Shown: in pieces, positions 23,244 through 33,556 of the stretch
Numbering within the stretch: position 1 is the first letter of the stretch
How the letters are laid out: each line of letters starts with the position of its first letter
Assembly (NCBI GenBank): GCA_963728405.1
Contig: CAVSJV010000004.1
Coordinates: 96,001 to 160,000 of the forward strand
Source: Methanomassiliicoccaceae archaeon
GTDB taxonomy: Archaea; Thermoplasmatota; Thermoplasmata; Methanomassiliicoccales; Methanomassiliicoccaceae
DNA: 64,000 bases
Direction: 5' to 3'
Made by a program: the position numbers and the translations under genes
Notes under the pieces: generated by a model
What the model saw: only the letters and a program-made list of their open reading frames with translations
The model's database searches: none
What the model was told of the DNA's origin: nothing

Positions 23244-25166
23244 GTGGCCCTGGTCCGATTAGGAAAGATCCCATTGAGATGGTGCGACGCGTGCAACGTT
23301 CCGGTCCTGGAGAACAAACAGTGTGGACGCTGCGGCGGGGATACTCGCCAGATGGAGATCACGCCGCCCGGTGATGCCCGACCGGCTTCTGCCCACGATA
23401 TCGCTCTGGTTCGGGAAGTGATCGACCGACAGTTCGGGCCCGGCTGCGGCCTGGCGGCCATCCCGGACGGCCATTTCATCCTCATGAACAAGGCCCCTGC
23501 CCTCGACCGGATGGATGAGATCATCATCGACGGCAAGGTCGCGGGGACGCTTCGTTATGACTTCGACCACGGATGGGTGTTCCTCGCCCGTATGGTCGCG
23601 GCCAAGGCCATGCAGCGCGTGGCCACCAAAGGTATCGTGGAGGCCGATGACGGGGCGGTGAGGCCCATCCTCGGCGGCTCGAGTCTTTTGGTCCCAGGGG
23701 TCCTCACTTCGAGCTCGGACATCAAGGTCAACGACGAGGTCATTGTGATCGACCGGCAGGGCAGGGCTTTCGCCGCTGGCCTGGCCCGGATGAGCCATGA
23801 GCAGATGGACCCGGACACCAAGGGCATGGCTGTAAAGGTCCGCTGGTACGAAGCACCTGAAGATAACATTGCGGAGAGGCCGGGTTCGGGATGGCCAGAG
23901 GTACTAGTGGCCAACCGACCAGAGATGGATGCTAAGATCGCCGAAGCGGTGAAGTTCATTCATCGAGTGATGCGCGAGCACCCTCTTCCAGCCATGGTCT
24001 CGTTCTCGGGAGGAAAGGACTCCCTGGCCACCTTGCTACTAAGCCTCAAGGCCGGTCTCAAGCTGCCGGTGTTCTTCATCGATACCGGGCTGGAGTTCCC
24101 CGAAACGGTGCAGCATGTGCGGGACATCGCTGCCCGACATCAGCTGGAGCTGATAGTAGAGCATGCGCCGCGGGAGGCATTCGAAGAGGGGCTGAGGATC
24201 TTCGGCCCCCCTGGCCGCGACTACCGGTGGTGCTGCAAGACCAATAAGCTGGGCCCCACTGTCCGCGCCATCACCAAGTATTATCCGAAGGGGGTTCTCT
24301 CGTTCATCGGCCAGCGACGGTACGAGTCCGAGGCCCGCTCCAATAAGCCCCGGGTCTGGGAGAACCCCTGGGTTCCCGGGCAGGTGGGGGCATCGCCCAT
24401 TCAGAACTGGACCGCGATGCATATCTGGCTGCTGATCAAGGGTGAGGGAGAAGAGTACAACCCCTGGTACGACCGCGGCCTGGACCGCATCGGCTGCTTC
24501 ATGTGTCCTGCATCGGACCTGGCGGAACTAAAGGTGGTCCAGCAGGGCTCGGAGGTGTTCAAGGGATGGGACGCGTCCCTCAGGAAGTACGCGGCTTCCC
24601 GGGGGCTGCCGGCCGAATGGGTCGATAATGGTATATGGAGATGGAGGATCGTGCCTCCGTCCATCAAGCAGGAACTCGAAAAGGTCGGCATATCGATCAA
24701 GGCTGAGGAGCTCAGGCCCGAGGACCAGCCGGCCGAGAACCTCAAGCTATTCATCCAGAGGGGGATCTCCCCGTGTACGATGGGGTATTCCATCGAAGGC
24801 GCGTTCAACCGACCGCTGCACCTGGAACGTATCGCCAACACGTTGAACATCATCGGCGATGTGACGGTGAACGAGGAGGAGGGCTGGGTGATGGTCGACG
24901 GCATTACGGTTTTCGATGCCGGTGCACTGATCGGTAAGGACAAAGACGCAGAAAAGTTAAAAGAAAAAGTGGAAAGGGTGCGCAGAACGGTGGTCAAGGC
25001 CGAGGAGTGCGTTGGCTGTGGCGTCTGCACCGCAAGATGCATCGAGGGTGCACTTAGGCTAGAACTGGGCCGTGTTCGCATCGAGGTTGTTAGTTGCGTC
25101 CATTGTGGACGCTGTGCGGAACCGTGCCCAGCAATCACCTTCGGTGACAGCGCCTTCGAGTTCTGA
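23244..25166 (+). CDS. PAPS-reductase-family protein with Zn ribbon, PUA and 2x[4Fe-4S] domains
   Basis: N-terminal CxxC..CxxC, SFSGGKDS, RWCCKTNK, DRIGCFMCP, two C-terminal CxxCxxCxxxC. Confidence 0.88.
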   Translation: MALVRLGKIPLRWCDACNVPVLENKQCGRCGGDTRQMEITPPGDARPASAHDIALVREVIDRQFGPGCGLAAIPDGHFILMNKAPALDRMDEIIIDGKVAGTLRYDFDHGWVFLARMVAAKAMQRVATKGIVEADDGAVRPILGGSSLLVPGVLTSSSDIKVNDEVIVIDRQGRAFAAGLARMSHEQMDPDTKGMAVKVRWYEAPEDNIAERPGSGWPEVLVANRPEMDAKIAEAVKFIHRVMREHPLPAMVSFSGGKDSLATLLLSLKAGLKLPVFFIDTGLEFPETVQHVRDIAARHQLELIVEHAPREAFEEGLRIFGPPGRDYRWCCKTNKLGPTVRAITKYYPKGVLSFIGQRRYESEARSNKPRVWENPWVPGQVGASPIQNWTAMHIWLLIKGEGEEYNPWYDRGLDRIGCFMCPASDLAELKVVQQGSEVFKGWDASLRKYAASRGLPAEWVDNGIWRWRIVPPSIKQELEKVGISIKAEELRPEDQPAENLKLFIQRGISPCTMGYSIEGAFNRPLHLERIANTLNIIGDVTVNEEEGWVMVDGITVFDAGALIGKDKDAEKLKEKVERVRRTVVKAEECVGCGVCTARCIEGALRLELGRVRIEVVSCVHCGRCAEPCPAITFGDSAFEF

Positions 25167-25229
25167 CCTTCCAATCAAATAAATGAATGAAAGGGTTTCA
25201 ACCGAAGCGTCCCCGAGTGCCCCCGTCGT

Positions 25230-26483
25230 TCAGCGCACGAAGTCGATACCGTCGTCGTCCGCTGGAGCCTGGGTCTGCCTCTGAGGCTGGGCCTGAGGCT
25301 GGGACCGGTACTGCTGCTGGGGCTGCTGGCCGCCAAGCTTGGGCTTGGCCTCATTGTCAAAGCCGAGCTTTGTGGGGCCCTGACCGCCCTTGCCGTACAT
25401 ATATTTCGACGAAGCGCCGGTGACGATGACCAGGATCTTGATGGTTCCCTCGACCGCGGGATCGATAGAGCATCCCCAGATGATCCTGGCGCGCTCGTGG
25501 ACGGAGTCGGTGACGATCTGTGCGGCCCTCTGAGCCTCTCCGACGGTCATATCCGGTCCGCCAACGACCCTGATCAGCACGCCCTTGGCGTCCTTCAGGT
25601 CGATCTCGCCCAGCAGCGGCGAGCTGAGGGCTTCGTGAACGGCCGCCTTGACGCGGTCGTCCTCTTCAGTGTTCCCTTCGCCGATACCGACGAACGCGAC
25701 ACCGCCTTCCTTCATAACGGTCTGAATATCAGCATAGTCGAGGTTGACCAGGCCGGGTTTGGTGATGATCTCGGTCAGGCCCTTGATGGTCTGCATTAGC
25801 ACCTCATCGGCGACCTTGAACGCAGCGTCGACGGGCAGCTTTGGCACCAGCTCGAGCAGCTTGTCGTTCGGGACCACAATGGTGGTATCGCAGACAGCGC
25901 GCAGTTTGTTCAACCCGATCATGGCGTTCTCGGCGCGGACAGTCCCTTCAGCCTTGAAGGGGAAAGTGACCACACCGATGGTGAGTGCGCGGATCTGCTC
26001 CTTGGCGATCCCAGCGACATAGTGAGCGGAACCGGTACCGGTGCCGCCACCCATTCCGGCAGTGACAAAGACGATATTCGAACCCTGTAAGAAGGCTCTG
26101 ATGTCAGAGTCGTTCTCCCTCGCCGCGGCCTCTCCATTCTCTGGCAGGGCGCCTGCACCCATGCCCCTGGTGGTGCTCCTCCCAATGAGGATCTTCTTCG
26201 GAGCCCGGATGGTCAAAAGGTGCTTGGCGTCAGTGTTGATGGCGCATACCTGGGCCCCGCTGATGCCGGCATCGACGCAACGGTTTATGGTGTTGGACCC
26301 GCCCCCACCACAACCGATGATCTTGATGCAAACATCAAGCTCCTTGGCAATCGCCTCCAATTCTCTGTCCGTGTCCGACATCGGCTGGGCCTGCGGTACT
26401 GGTGCGGGCCCTGCCTGCGGCTTAGCCGTATAGCTTTCCTTGAACTCGCTCCCTAGAGCGTTCTTAACCAATGAATTAGGCAT
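25230..26483 (-). CDS. ftsZ: Cell division protein FtsZ
   Basis: GCGGGGSN, AGMGGGTGTG, VNLDYAD; Q/P-rich tail. Confidence 0.97.
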   Translation of the reverse strand: MPNSLVKNALGSEFKESYTAKPQAGPAPVPQAQPMSDTDRELEAIAKELDVCIKIIGCGGGGSNTINRCVDAGISGAQVCAINTDAKHLLTIRAPKKILIGRSTTRGMGAGALPENGEAAARENDSDIRAFLQGSNIVFVTAGMGGGTGTGSAHYVAGIAKEQIRALTIGVVTFPFKAEGTVRAENAMIGLNKLRAVCDTTIVVPNDKLLELVPKLPVDAAFKVADEVLMQTIKGLTEIITKPGLVNLDYADIQTVMKEGGVAFVGIGEGNTEEDDRVKAAVHEALSSPLLGEIDLKDAKGVLIRVVGGPDMTVGEAQRAAQIVTDSVHERARIIWGCSIDPAVEGTIKILVIVTGASSKYMYGKGGQGPTKLGFDNEAKPKLGGQQPQQQYRSQPQAQPQRQTQAPADDDGIDFVR

Positions 26484-26601
26484 TAGTGCATCCCTCGTCA
26501 GACGGAACAGCCTATCTTGAATATAAATCTTGCGAGTTCCATATGGATGGTTAAAATTATCAATTATGATATTCTAATACTGGAGGTAATCCAGTGCATC
26601 C

Positions 26602-27774
26602 CTAAGTACTTGCCTGTAATCTGTCAGACTCTTGTCCGACGACATCTTGCACCTGGCCCATGACCGCCTCCGGCCACATTACGATGTGGATACTGGGGTC
26701 CTCTTCCAGATGGCGGAACTGGGACTGGTAGACATCCTCGGCCGTGGTAGCGATAATGGATGATGTCACCTTCACGCACACTAGACCGACATTATAAAGT
26801 GTGAACAAGGCGCCCGGATCGCGCTGTTTGACCCGGACCTTGATGCTAGATTCATAATCCTGGATGAAATTCTCCTCGAAGGCTAACAGGATCTCAATGG
26901 CCTCAGAGCGCCTGTTGGCGATCACCAGCGAGGTGACCGAGTCAACCAAACCATGCAAAAGAGATAATATCTGGACGTCCGAAGGGGGCAGCTCTCCCTT
27001 CTTAACCTGGGGCCGTTTGTTCACGTTATCCTTGACCTCCTGGGCAATAATATGGAGGTCGGTGCGCAATTTCGATTCCTTTGTCCGTTCCTCGACAATC
27101 TCTCGGGTCTCATCGAAGTTTCGGTACCGGCTAGCCCTCATGGCCTTTCGCAACGGTTCCTCTATCGCCCCACTATATACGCCCATCCTTGACAGGTCGG
27201 GGGCCATCTTCAGGAGGTCGGCCACATATTCCTTCAACTGCTCCGAGCTCCGATAGCGGTGCTTCACATAATCGAGGCAGAAGCCGATGTCCTTTACCGC
27301 CTCCATGATCTCTCCAGCCGTGAACGTCTCTCTCGATTGATTGGCCAGGGACATTATGTCGTCGACCGGGATGTCCTTTCGCTTGGACATCGCCACCAAA
27401 AGCATGGTCTGCTCGTAGAACGAGGCATATGTGATTGCGTGTGCTCCGACCGCGTCACCCAAGAATCCTTGTACAGCCTTCCTGACATTCCTACTAGGAT
27501 GGACCATATCGGTCAGGATCGATTCCATGCCCATCTTATCCTTGGAGATCATGATGAGCGTTTCTTTGACCGCCTGGCGAACGCGATTGTCTTCGTGCTC
27601 ATAATGCCTAAGGAGCAGAGTTACGGTCTCCAGAGGCTTTGATTCTGCCCTCCTGGCCAGCTTCTGCTGAGCCCTCCTGGCCTCTATCGCCAGAGAGGAG
27701 CGGAATGAATCTATCATATTGGCCTCCAGCCGTTCCTCTTCGTATTTCTTACCAAAAATCCCTATGAACGACAT
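26602..27774 (-). CDS. All-helical hypothetical protein with HEAT-like N-terminal repeats
   Basis: HEDNRVRQAVKETL and HPSRNVRKAVQGFL repeats; long ORF. Confidence 0.7.
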   Translation of the reverse strand: MSFIGIFGKKYEEERLEANMIDSFRSSLAIEARRAQQKLARRAESKPLETVTLLLRHYEHEDNRVRQAVKETLIMISKDKMGMESILTDMVHPSRNVRKAVQGFLGDAVGAHAITYASFYEQTMLLVAMSKRKDIPVDDIMSLANQSRETFTAGEIMEAVKDIGFCLDYVKHRYRSSEQLKEYVADLLKMAPDLSRMGVYSGAIEEPLRKAMRASRYRNFDETREIVEERTKESKLRTDLHIIAQEVKDNVNKRPQVKKGELPPSDVQILSLLHGLVDSVTSLVIANRRSEAIEILLAFEENFIQDYESSIKVRVKQRDPGALFTLYNVGLVCVKVTSSIIATTAEDVYQSQFRHLEEDPSIHIVMWPEAVMGQVQDVVGQESDRLQAST

Positions 27775-28018
27775 GTTTGGCTCACCAGGCAATACAGGGA
27801 ACTCCTGGTAGCTACAAAAAGGTTGTCATCCAGATGTGTTCAGTTTTTCGATATAGGGAATTTAATTAATTGTTTATAATATTTGATATGACATAGTGTT
27901 CGTGGAGCGCTACCTGGTGGCGACGTTTCGATGCTGGATGGCCTGATTTCAGATATTATTATCAAAACCTATTTATGGCGGCTCTTCGATTAACCAAAAA
28001 TCGGATGCGTTGATTCAA

Positions 28019-28378
28019 ATGAGCGAGCTTTCTCCTGTTCGAAGTGCCTTGGACGATATCAAGAAACAAGATCATGTCCTCGATGCTTCGCTGGTATCCC
28101 GGGGCGGCATGTACGTCATGGGAGGCCCGATAAAGGGAATTCACCGGGAGACCTTCGCGGCCATGTCCGCCATCATCTTGGGGGCAGCAGAGACCACCTC
28201 CACCGAGCTCAAGGACAAGTTGAACAAGGTCTCTATCGAACTAACTGAACAGACCCTTGTGCTCATCGGAATCGGACCAAAGTACCTGGTTGCCGTGATG
28301 CTGGACCAGGAAGGTGACCAGGACAAGGTCGCTAACATGGCCAGGGACCTCATGTCTAAGGTCGAATCGGTGCTCTGA
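28019..28378 (+). CDS. Roadblock/LC7 domain protein
   Basis: ASLVSRGG, ETFAAMSAIILGAAE. Confidence 0.85.
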   Translation: MSELSPVRSALDDIKKQDHVLDASLVSRGGMYVMGGPIKGIHRETFAAMSAIILGAAETTSTELKDKLNKVSIELTEQTLVLIGIGPKYLVAVMLDQEGDQDKVANMARDLMSKVESVL

Positions 28379-28457
28379 ACAAATTCCAGCCCCTATTCGA
28401 AAAGGATTTTCTCTAACACGCCTAATATGGAGGCAGAGAGGACGGCCGTTCGCCACT

Positions 28458-29114
28458 TCACATTCTCTTGAAGCCCCGTCTGAACCATCTGGTTATGCCT
28501 ATGGCGCCGTGGCCGAAGCTCTCCGAGGAGGAAAGGTTCTTGCCGACCGCCTTGCACTTGCGGTCCTTGATCGCCTGGATCACGTCCTGGTAGGTCTTAC
28601 TGTCATCTGGCACCTCAGTATATGCCCGACCGATCGAGTTTACATTGTGGGCGTCGCTCCCCCCGATCCCCGGTAGGCCCATCTTCCTGGCGAGCCGATG
28701 GGCCTGGGAATTAGCCCTCTTTTTGGAGCGGCCGTTGATGGTCTCGATGGCATCGAAATCGTTGCTCTTTATGTTCCCCTCCCCTAGGCCGGACCACCAT
28801 CTGAACGGATGGGCCGCTATCGCGATCCCCCCGGCCCGATGTATCCGTTCCAAGGTCTCCGTTACGCCGAGGCCCCGGGGAACCTCCTCCTTGACGCCAA
28901 ACGCCAGGATGTGCCCTTCTTCGGCGGTGATCTCCATGGCCGGTATGACGATGACCTTGGAGCGCGGTCCCCCATTCTGGTGTGCCTTCAAGGTATTATG
29001 GTCAGTGATGGCCACCACCCCTATCCCCAGCTCCTCGCAGCGCTTGAGTAGCTCTTCTACCGTTTGATGGCCGTCGTCGGAGTGAGTGGAGTGGACATGG
29101 AGGTCTGCCTTCAT
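28458..29114 (-). CDS. PHP-domain metal-dependent phosphoesterase
   Basis: DLHVHSTHSDDG, AITDH, AAHP, GGSDAH. Confidence 0.9.
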   Translation of the reverse strand: MKADLHVHSTHSDDGHQTVEELLKRCEELGIGVVAITDHNTLKAHQNGGPRSKVIVIPAMEITAEEGHILAFGVKEEVPRGLGVTETLERIHRAGGIAIAAHPFRWWSGLGEGNIKSNDFDAIETINGRSKKRANSQAHRLARKMGLPGIGGSDAHNVNSIGRAYTEVPDDSKTYQDVIQAIKDRKCKAVGKNLSSSESFGHGAIGITRWFRRGFKRM

Positions 29115-31327
29115 CTGATGGTCGCTCCGTTGGGGATGCTCTCATCGATCCCGATGGGCGCCCCCTTATCGGTGAAGAACGCCAGTGCTTCTTCCGCTTC
29201 CGGCGCGGGCAGGAAGACCGCGACCTTGGAAATATCCATGCGCTCGGGGCAGCGGCACTTGATGACCCTGCCCACGTCAACCTGCCCTTTGCCGGCGACG
29301 CCAGCGACCCTCAAGGTCAGCTTCTGGAAGTCCTTGAACTCGATCTGTCGGTCGCTGGGGACCAAACCGCTATTCACACTGTCCCCGGGGACCGTGTCGG
29401 CGGGAGGGACGATGAGCTTTACGATCCCGCCTCCCTCGGCCGCCAGGAGCATCCCCTGGGATTCATAGCCGCGTAGCTTGGCCGGTTTAAGATTGGATAC
29501 GACCACGACCTTCTTTCCCTTCAGCTCGTCCAAAGTGTAATATGCTTTCAGGCCGGCCACGATCTGTATCTTGGTCCCGATGTCCACCTGCATTAGGAGG
29601 AGGGCATCGGCGTTAGGGTGGTTCTGGGCCTCGATGATCTGACCTACCTTGAGGTTGAGCGACCCGAATCCCTTGAACGCGGAGTTCGTTTCGTCCTTCT
29701 CCACGGCCACCTTCGAGAACAGGGGCAGCGGCTCCTTCAGCTTCTGGTTCGCGAGAAGGGGCGAATCGACCCCGTCCCATCCGCTCTCGGTCAATTTGCC
29801 CTCGTGACCCAGGAGCTTCCACGCCCCTTCAGCGGAGCGGGGAAGGTATGGGTAGCTGAGAACGGCAAGGGCCTTCACCAGCTGGAGATTGAGGTTCAGG
29901 GCCGAGCCGCACATCTCGCGGTCCTTCTTAATCAGCGCCCACGGACCAACGCCATCGAAGTAGCGATTGCCATACTGCGCCAGGTCCATGATGGTCTTCA
30001 GGGCCCTCTTGAACTCGCAGCGGTCCAGGTTGGAGTCCACCTCCTGCTTCACCCTGGCGATGGTGTCCATGACCTCTTGTCTCTCGGCATCGGTGCCCTT
30101 GTACTCGGGTACCTCGCCGTAGTGCTTATACGTGAAGCTGAGCACGCGGTGATAGAAGTTGCCCAGGGTGGCCACCAGTTCGTTGTTCACCTTGGTCTCG
30201 AAATCGTCCCAGGAGAAGTCGGCGTCCTTATTCTCCGGCATGTTCGCGGCCACATAGTAACGGATGGCGTCGACCTCATACTTCTGGAGGAGCGACGGTA
30301 TGTCGATGCTGGTACCGCGGCTCTTGGACAGCTTGTCGCCCTTGAAGGTCAGGAACTCGTTGGCCGGTACATCATAGGGAAGGGCCAGACCGCCGTAGCC
30401 CATGAGCATGGCCGGCCATATGATCGTATGAAACGGAATATTGTCCTTGCCCAAGAAGTAGTAACCTTTCACTGTGAGGTCGGACCAGTAGGTCTTCCAC
30501 TCGTCCGGACGGCCGACCATCTTGGCCCACTCCTTGGAAGCGGACAGATAGCCGATCACGGCCTCAAACCAGACATAGATGACCTTTCCCTCCCAGCCCG
30601 GGATGGGGACAGGGACCCCCCAGGTCATGTCCCGGGTGATAGGGCGGTCCTGCAGTCCGGCCTCCAACCAGTTCTGGGTGAATAGCTTGACCGAGCTCTT
30701 CCATTGCTCCTTACCGGAGATCCACTGGATGAGCGGCTCCTGGAACGCCGAGAGCCTCAGGAAGTAGTGTTCGGTCTCCCGAAGTTCCGGAGACGTGGCG
30801 CAGTGCACGCATACTGCGCTCAAGAGCTCACCGCCCTCGAAGGTCTTGCCGCACTTCTCACACTGGTCACCCCTGGCCTTCTCGTTACCGCAGGCGGGGC
30901 ATTTGCCCTCCACATAGCGGTCAGGAAGGAACTTGTCGCAGCGGGGGCAGAAGTACTGCAGGGTGCCCTTCTTGTAAAGGAAACCATTCCTCTGCAGGGT
31001 CAGGAAGACATCGGTCACCACCTCGAAATGGTTCTTGGTGTGCGTCTTGGTGAACAGGGAGAACTCGATGTCCAAGCCCTCGATCGATCTCTTGTTGATC
31101 TCATGGTACCGCTCGGCGATCGCTTCCGGAGTGACACCTTCCTTCTCGGCCTTCACCGTGATGGGCGTTCCATGCTGGTCGGAACCAGAGACCATGAGCA
31201 CTTCGTCGCCTTTCAGGCGGTGGTACTTGGAGAAGATGTCGGGGGGAAGGAGAGAACCGGCCACATGCCCCAAATGGATGGGGGCGTTCGCATAGGGCCA
31301 CGCTACGCACACTAGGACCTTAGCCAT
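29111..31327 (-). CDS. metG: Methionine-tRNA ligase with C-terminal tRNA-binding domain
   Basis: PYAN..HLGH, Zn knuckle, KLSKS, NLKPAKLRGYESQGM. Confidence 0.97.
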   Translation of the reverse strand: MAKVLVCVAWPYANAPIHLGHVAGSLLPPDIFSKYHRLKGDEVLMVSGSDQHGTPITVKAEKEGVTPEAIAERYHEINKRSIEGLDIEFSLFTKTHTKNHFEVVTDVFLTLQRNGFLYKKGTLQYFCPRCDKFLPDRYVEGKCPACGNEKARGDQCEKCGKTFEGGELLSAVCVHCATSPELRETEHYFLRLSAFQEPLIQWISGKEQWKSSVKLFTQNWLEAGLQDRPITRDMTWGVPVPIPGWEGKVIYVWFEAVIGYLSASKEWAKMVGRPDEWKTYWSDLTVKGYYFLGKDNIPFHTIIWPAMLMGYGGLALPYDVPANEFLTFKGDKLSKSRGTSIDIPSLLQKYEVDAIRYYVAANMPENKDADFSWDDFETKVNNELVATLGNFYHRVLSFTYKHYGEVPEYKGTDAERQEVMDTIARVKQEVDSNLDRCEFKRALKTIMDLAQYGNRYFDGVGPWALIKKDREMCGSALNLNLQLVKALAVLSYPYLPRSAEGAWKLLGHEGKLTESGWDGVDSPLLANQKLKEPLPLFSKVAVEKDETNSAFKGFGSLNLKVGQIIEAQNHPNADALLLMQVDIGTKIQIVAGLKAYYTLDELKGKKVVVVSNLKPAKLRGYESQGMLLAAEGGGIVKLIVPPADTVPGDSVNSGLVPSDRQIEFKDFQKLTLRVAGVAGKGQVDVGRVIKCRCPERMDISKVAVFLPAPEAEEALAFFTDKGAPIGIDESIPNGATIR

Positions 31328-31433
31328 TTTATCATCAATGGATTGTGAAAGAAGGATTTAACATTGACCGCTGACCAGCTAACCGATGGCCCGGGCATTA
31401 TCTTTTTATTGCAGGGGTAGCATTGCGCTCAAC

Positions 31434-33203
31434 ATGCGCATAGCCGTGCTGTTGAGGGATCACTGTCAACCGAAGAAGTGCAACGCCGAGTGCAGGAACT
31501 ACTGCCCGATCGTGCGCACTGGCGTCGAGGCCGTGGTCATGGACGACAGCGACCGCCCCATCATTTCGGAAGAGCTGTGCGCCGGATGCGGCATCTGCGT
31601 GCATAAATGCCCGTTCGAGGCGATAAAGATCATCGGCCTGCCTGAAGAGATGAAGACCGAACTCATGCACCAGTATGGCAAGAATGGCTTTCGCATTTAC
31701 CGTCTGCCCGTTCCCAAGAAGGGGATGGTGACCGGTATCCTCGGTCCGAACGGCATCGGTAAGACGACCAGTATCAAGCTGCTATCGGGGGAGGAGGTCC
31801 CTAACTTCGGCAATTTCGAGACGCCGCTCTCGAAGAGCGAGGTCCTCCAGAAGCTGGCCGGCACCGAGCTAGGCGACTACCTGGCCAAGGTGTACGCCGG
31901 GAAAGTTCGCACTGCTCTGAAGCCCCAGTATGTGGACAAGCTGCCTGCCGTGGTGAAGGGCGTGGTCAGGGACCTGCTGAAGAAGGTCGCTGAGCGCATC
32001 ACCGTGGAGGAAGCAGTCGAGCTTCTTGAACTGCAGGAAGTGATCGATCGTCCGCTGGACAAGTTGTCCGGCGGAGAGTTACAGCGGGTCGCCATCGCCG
32101 CCTCATTGATGAAGGATGCCGATACCTACTTCTTTGATGAACCGTCATCCTATCTGGACATCTACCAGCGCATCAAGGTGGCGCGGCTGATCCAATCGCT
32201 CGCGGAGACCAAGCAAGTGGTGGTCATCGAGCATGACCTAGCCATCCTCGATTTCCTCGCCGACAACGCCTACCTGGTCTATGGTTCGGAAGGAGCTTAT
32301 GGTATCTTCGCCCAGCCCCGCCAGGTCCGCATTGCCATCAACACTTATTTGGACGGCTACATGCGCGAGGAGAACATCCGGTTCCGGGACACTCAGATAC
32401 GGTTCGAATCGCATCCTCCCCGCGACCAACAGCTTACCGTGCCGTTGCTCGATTACGACCGGCTGGAGTGCGATTACAAGCAGTTCAAGCTGAAAGTGGA
32501 ACCAGGGACCATAAGGATCGGTGAGTCGATCGGCGTGGTAGGTCCCAACGCTATCGGCAAGACCACCTTCGTCAAGATGCTGGCCGGAGTTCAGGAGCCG
32601 ACCGCCGGCAAGATCGACAAGAGCGTGCGAGTGTCCTATAAACCGCAGTACATCACTCCCGATTTTGACGGTTCGGTCCTGGACTTATTCCGCATTACAA
32701 ATAACGAGTTCTTTGAGTCGGGGTTCTTCGAGAGCGAGATCGCACATCCCCTGATGCTCAAGCGCCTGTACGAGAAGAACGTCAAAAACCTGTCGGGCGG
32801 CGAGCTTCAGCGAGTTGCCATCGCCATCTGCCTGTCCAGGGACGCAGACATATATCTGCTGGACGAACCGTCCGCATATCTGGATTCGAACCAAAGGATG
32901 GAGGCGGCCAAGACGGTGCGCAGGGTCATGGAGAAGCGGGGGCGCAGTGCGCTCATCGTCGACCATGATATCTATTTCCTAGATATGGTCTCTGACTCCA
33001 TGATGGTATTCTCCGGGAAGCCCGGCAGAGAGGGGCAGGCCAACGGGCCGTTCGACATGCGGGCGGGCATGAACATGTTCCTCAAGCAGGTTGATGTTAC
33101 CTTCCGACGGGATAACGATACCAATCGCCCCCGTATCAACAAGCCCGGTTCGAGGCTGGACCGGGAGCAGAAGGAGAAGGGCGAGTACTATTACAGTAGC
33201 TAG
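31434..33203 (+). CDS. Ribosome recycling ATPase ABCE1/Rli1
   Basis: N-terminal Fe-S cysteines; two Walker A (GPNGIGKT, GPNAIGKT) and two LSGGELQR motifs. Confidence 0.97.
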   Translation: MRIAVLLRDHCQPKKCNAECRNYCPIVRTGVEAVVMDDSDRPIISEELCAGCGICVHKCPFEAIKIIGLPEEMKTELMHQYGKNGFRIYRLPVPKKGMVTGILGPNGIGKTTSIKLLSGEEVPNFGNFETPLSKSEVLQKLAGTELGDYLAKVYAGKVRTALKPQYVDKLPAVVKGVVRDLLKKVAERITVEEAVELLELQEVIDRPLDKLSGGELQRVAIAASLMKDADTYFFDEPSSYLDIYQRIKVARLIQSLAETKQVVVIEHDLAILDFLADNAYLVYGSEGAYGIFAQPRQVRIAINTYLDGYMREENIRFRDTQIRFESHPPRDQQLTVPLLDYDRLECDYKQFKLKVEPGTIRIGESIGVVGPNAIGKTTFVKMLAGVQEPTAGKIDKSVRVSYKPQYITPDFDGSVLDLFRITNNEFFESGFFESEIAHPLMLKRLYEKNVKNLSGGELQRVAIAICLSRDADIYLLDEPSAYLDSNQRMEAAKTVRRVMEKRGRSALIVDHDIYFLDMVSDSMMVFSGKPGREGQANGPFDMRAGMNMFLKQVDVTFRRDNDTNRPRINKPGSRLDREQKEKGEYYYSS

Positions 33204-33204
33204 A

Positions 33205-33220
33205 GGGGCAAGAAAGCCCC
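33205..33220 (+). terminator. Possible terminator hairpin after ABCE1
   Basis: GGGGC-AAGAAA-GCCCC directly after the stop; weak T tract. Confidence 0.3.
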
Positions 33221-33317
33221 CGATTTCGTTCAGGGTATGAATTGCCAAAATACCATAGGCAGAGTGATTTAGGTGACCCTCGCTCATTAGTTAGATGCCG
33301 TCATATCATCCTTTTTA

Positions 33318-33556
33318 CCAGTGGACTGCCGCACTTCAATGTGCCTGCAAGCTCTGGCCTTATATGCCTCGGTCCGCTCCTTCGGGACGACCAGGCAGTT
33401 GACCACGCCAACCATCGTTCAACATCGCGCTGCATCCTTAGTTAGAGGAAGGCGCTGGTCGATTGCACCAAGACTGGGATTGGTGCAAGGGCCGCATTGA
33501 TACGCCCCAGGAGGCTCCGCCGTGAAGGCGGTGTCGTGGGAGCGTCACAATCGACC
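33318..33556 (+). ncRNA. Candidate structured ncRNA (about five consecutive stem-loops)
   Basis: C(UUCG)G-capped stem, perfect 9-bp TTGCACCAA/TTGGTGCAA stem, GGTCGATTG/CAATCGACC pairing; no credible ORF; strand inferred. Confidence 0.35.

Noticed and set aside
25260-25330. Short tandem repeats (CTGAGGCTGGG)
   Set aside because: They encode the Gln/Pro linker of FtsZ; this is not CRISPR or a mobile repeat.
29618-30685. Long antisense ORFs (e.g. 355 aa opposite metG, 276 aa opposite the FKBP gene)
   Set aside because: These are shadow frames expected from high GC3 codon bias and carry no motifs.
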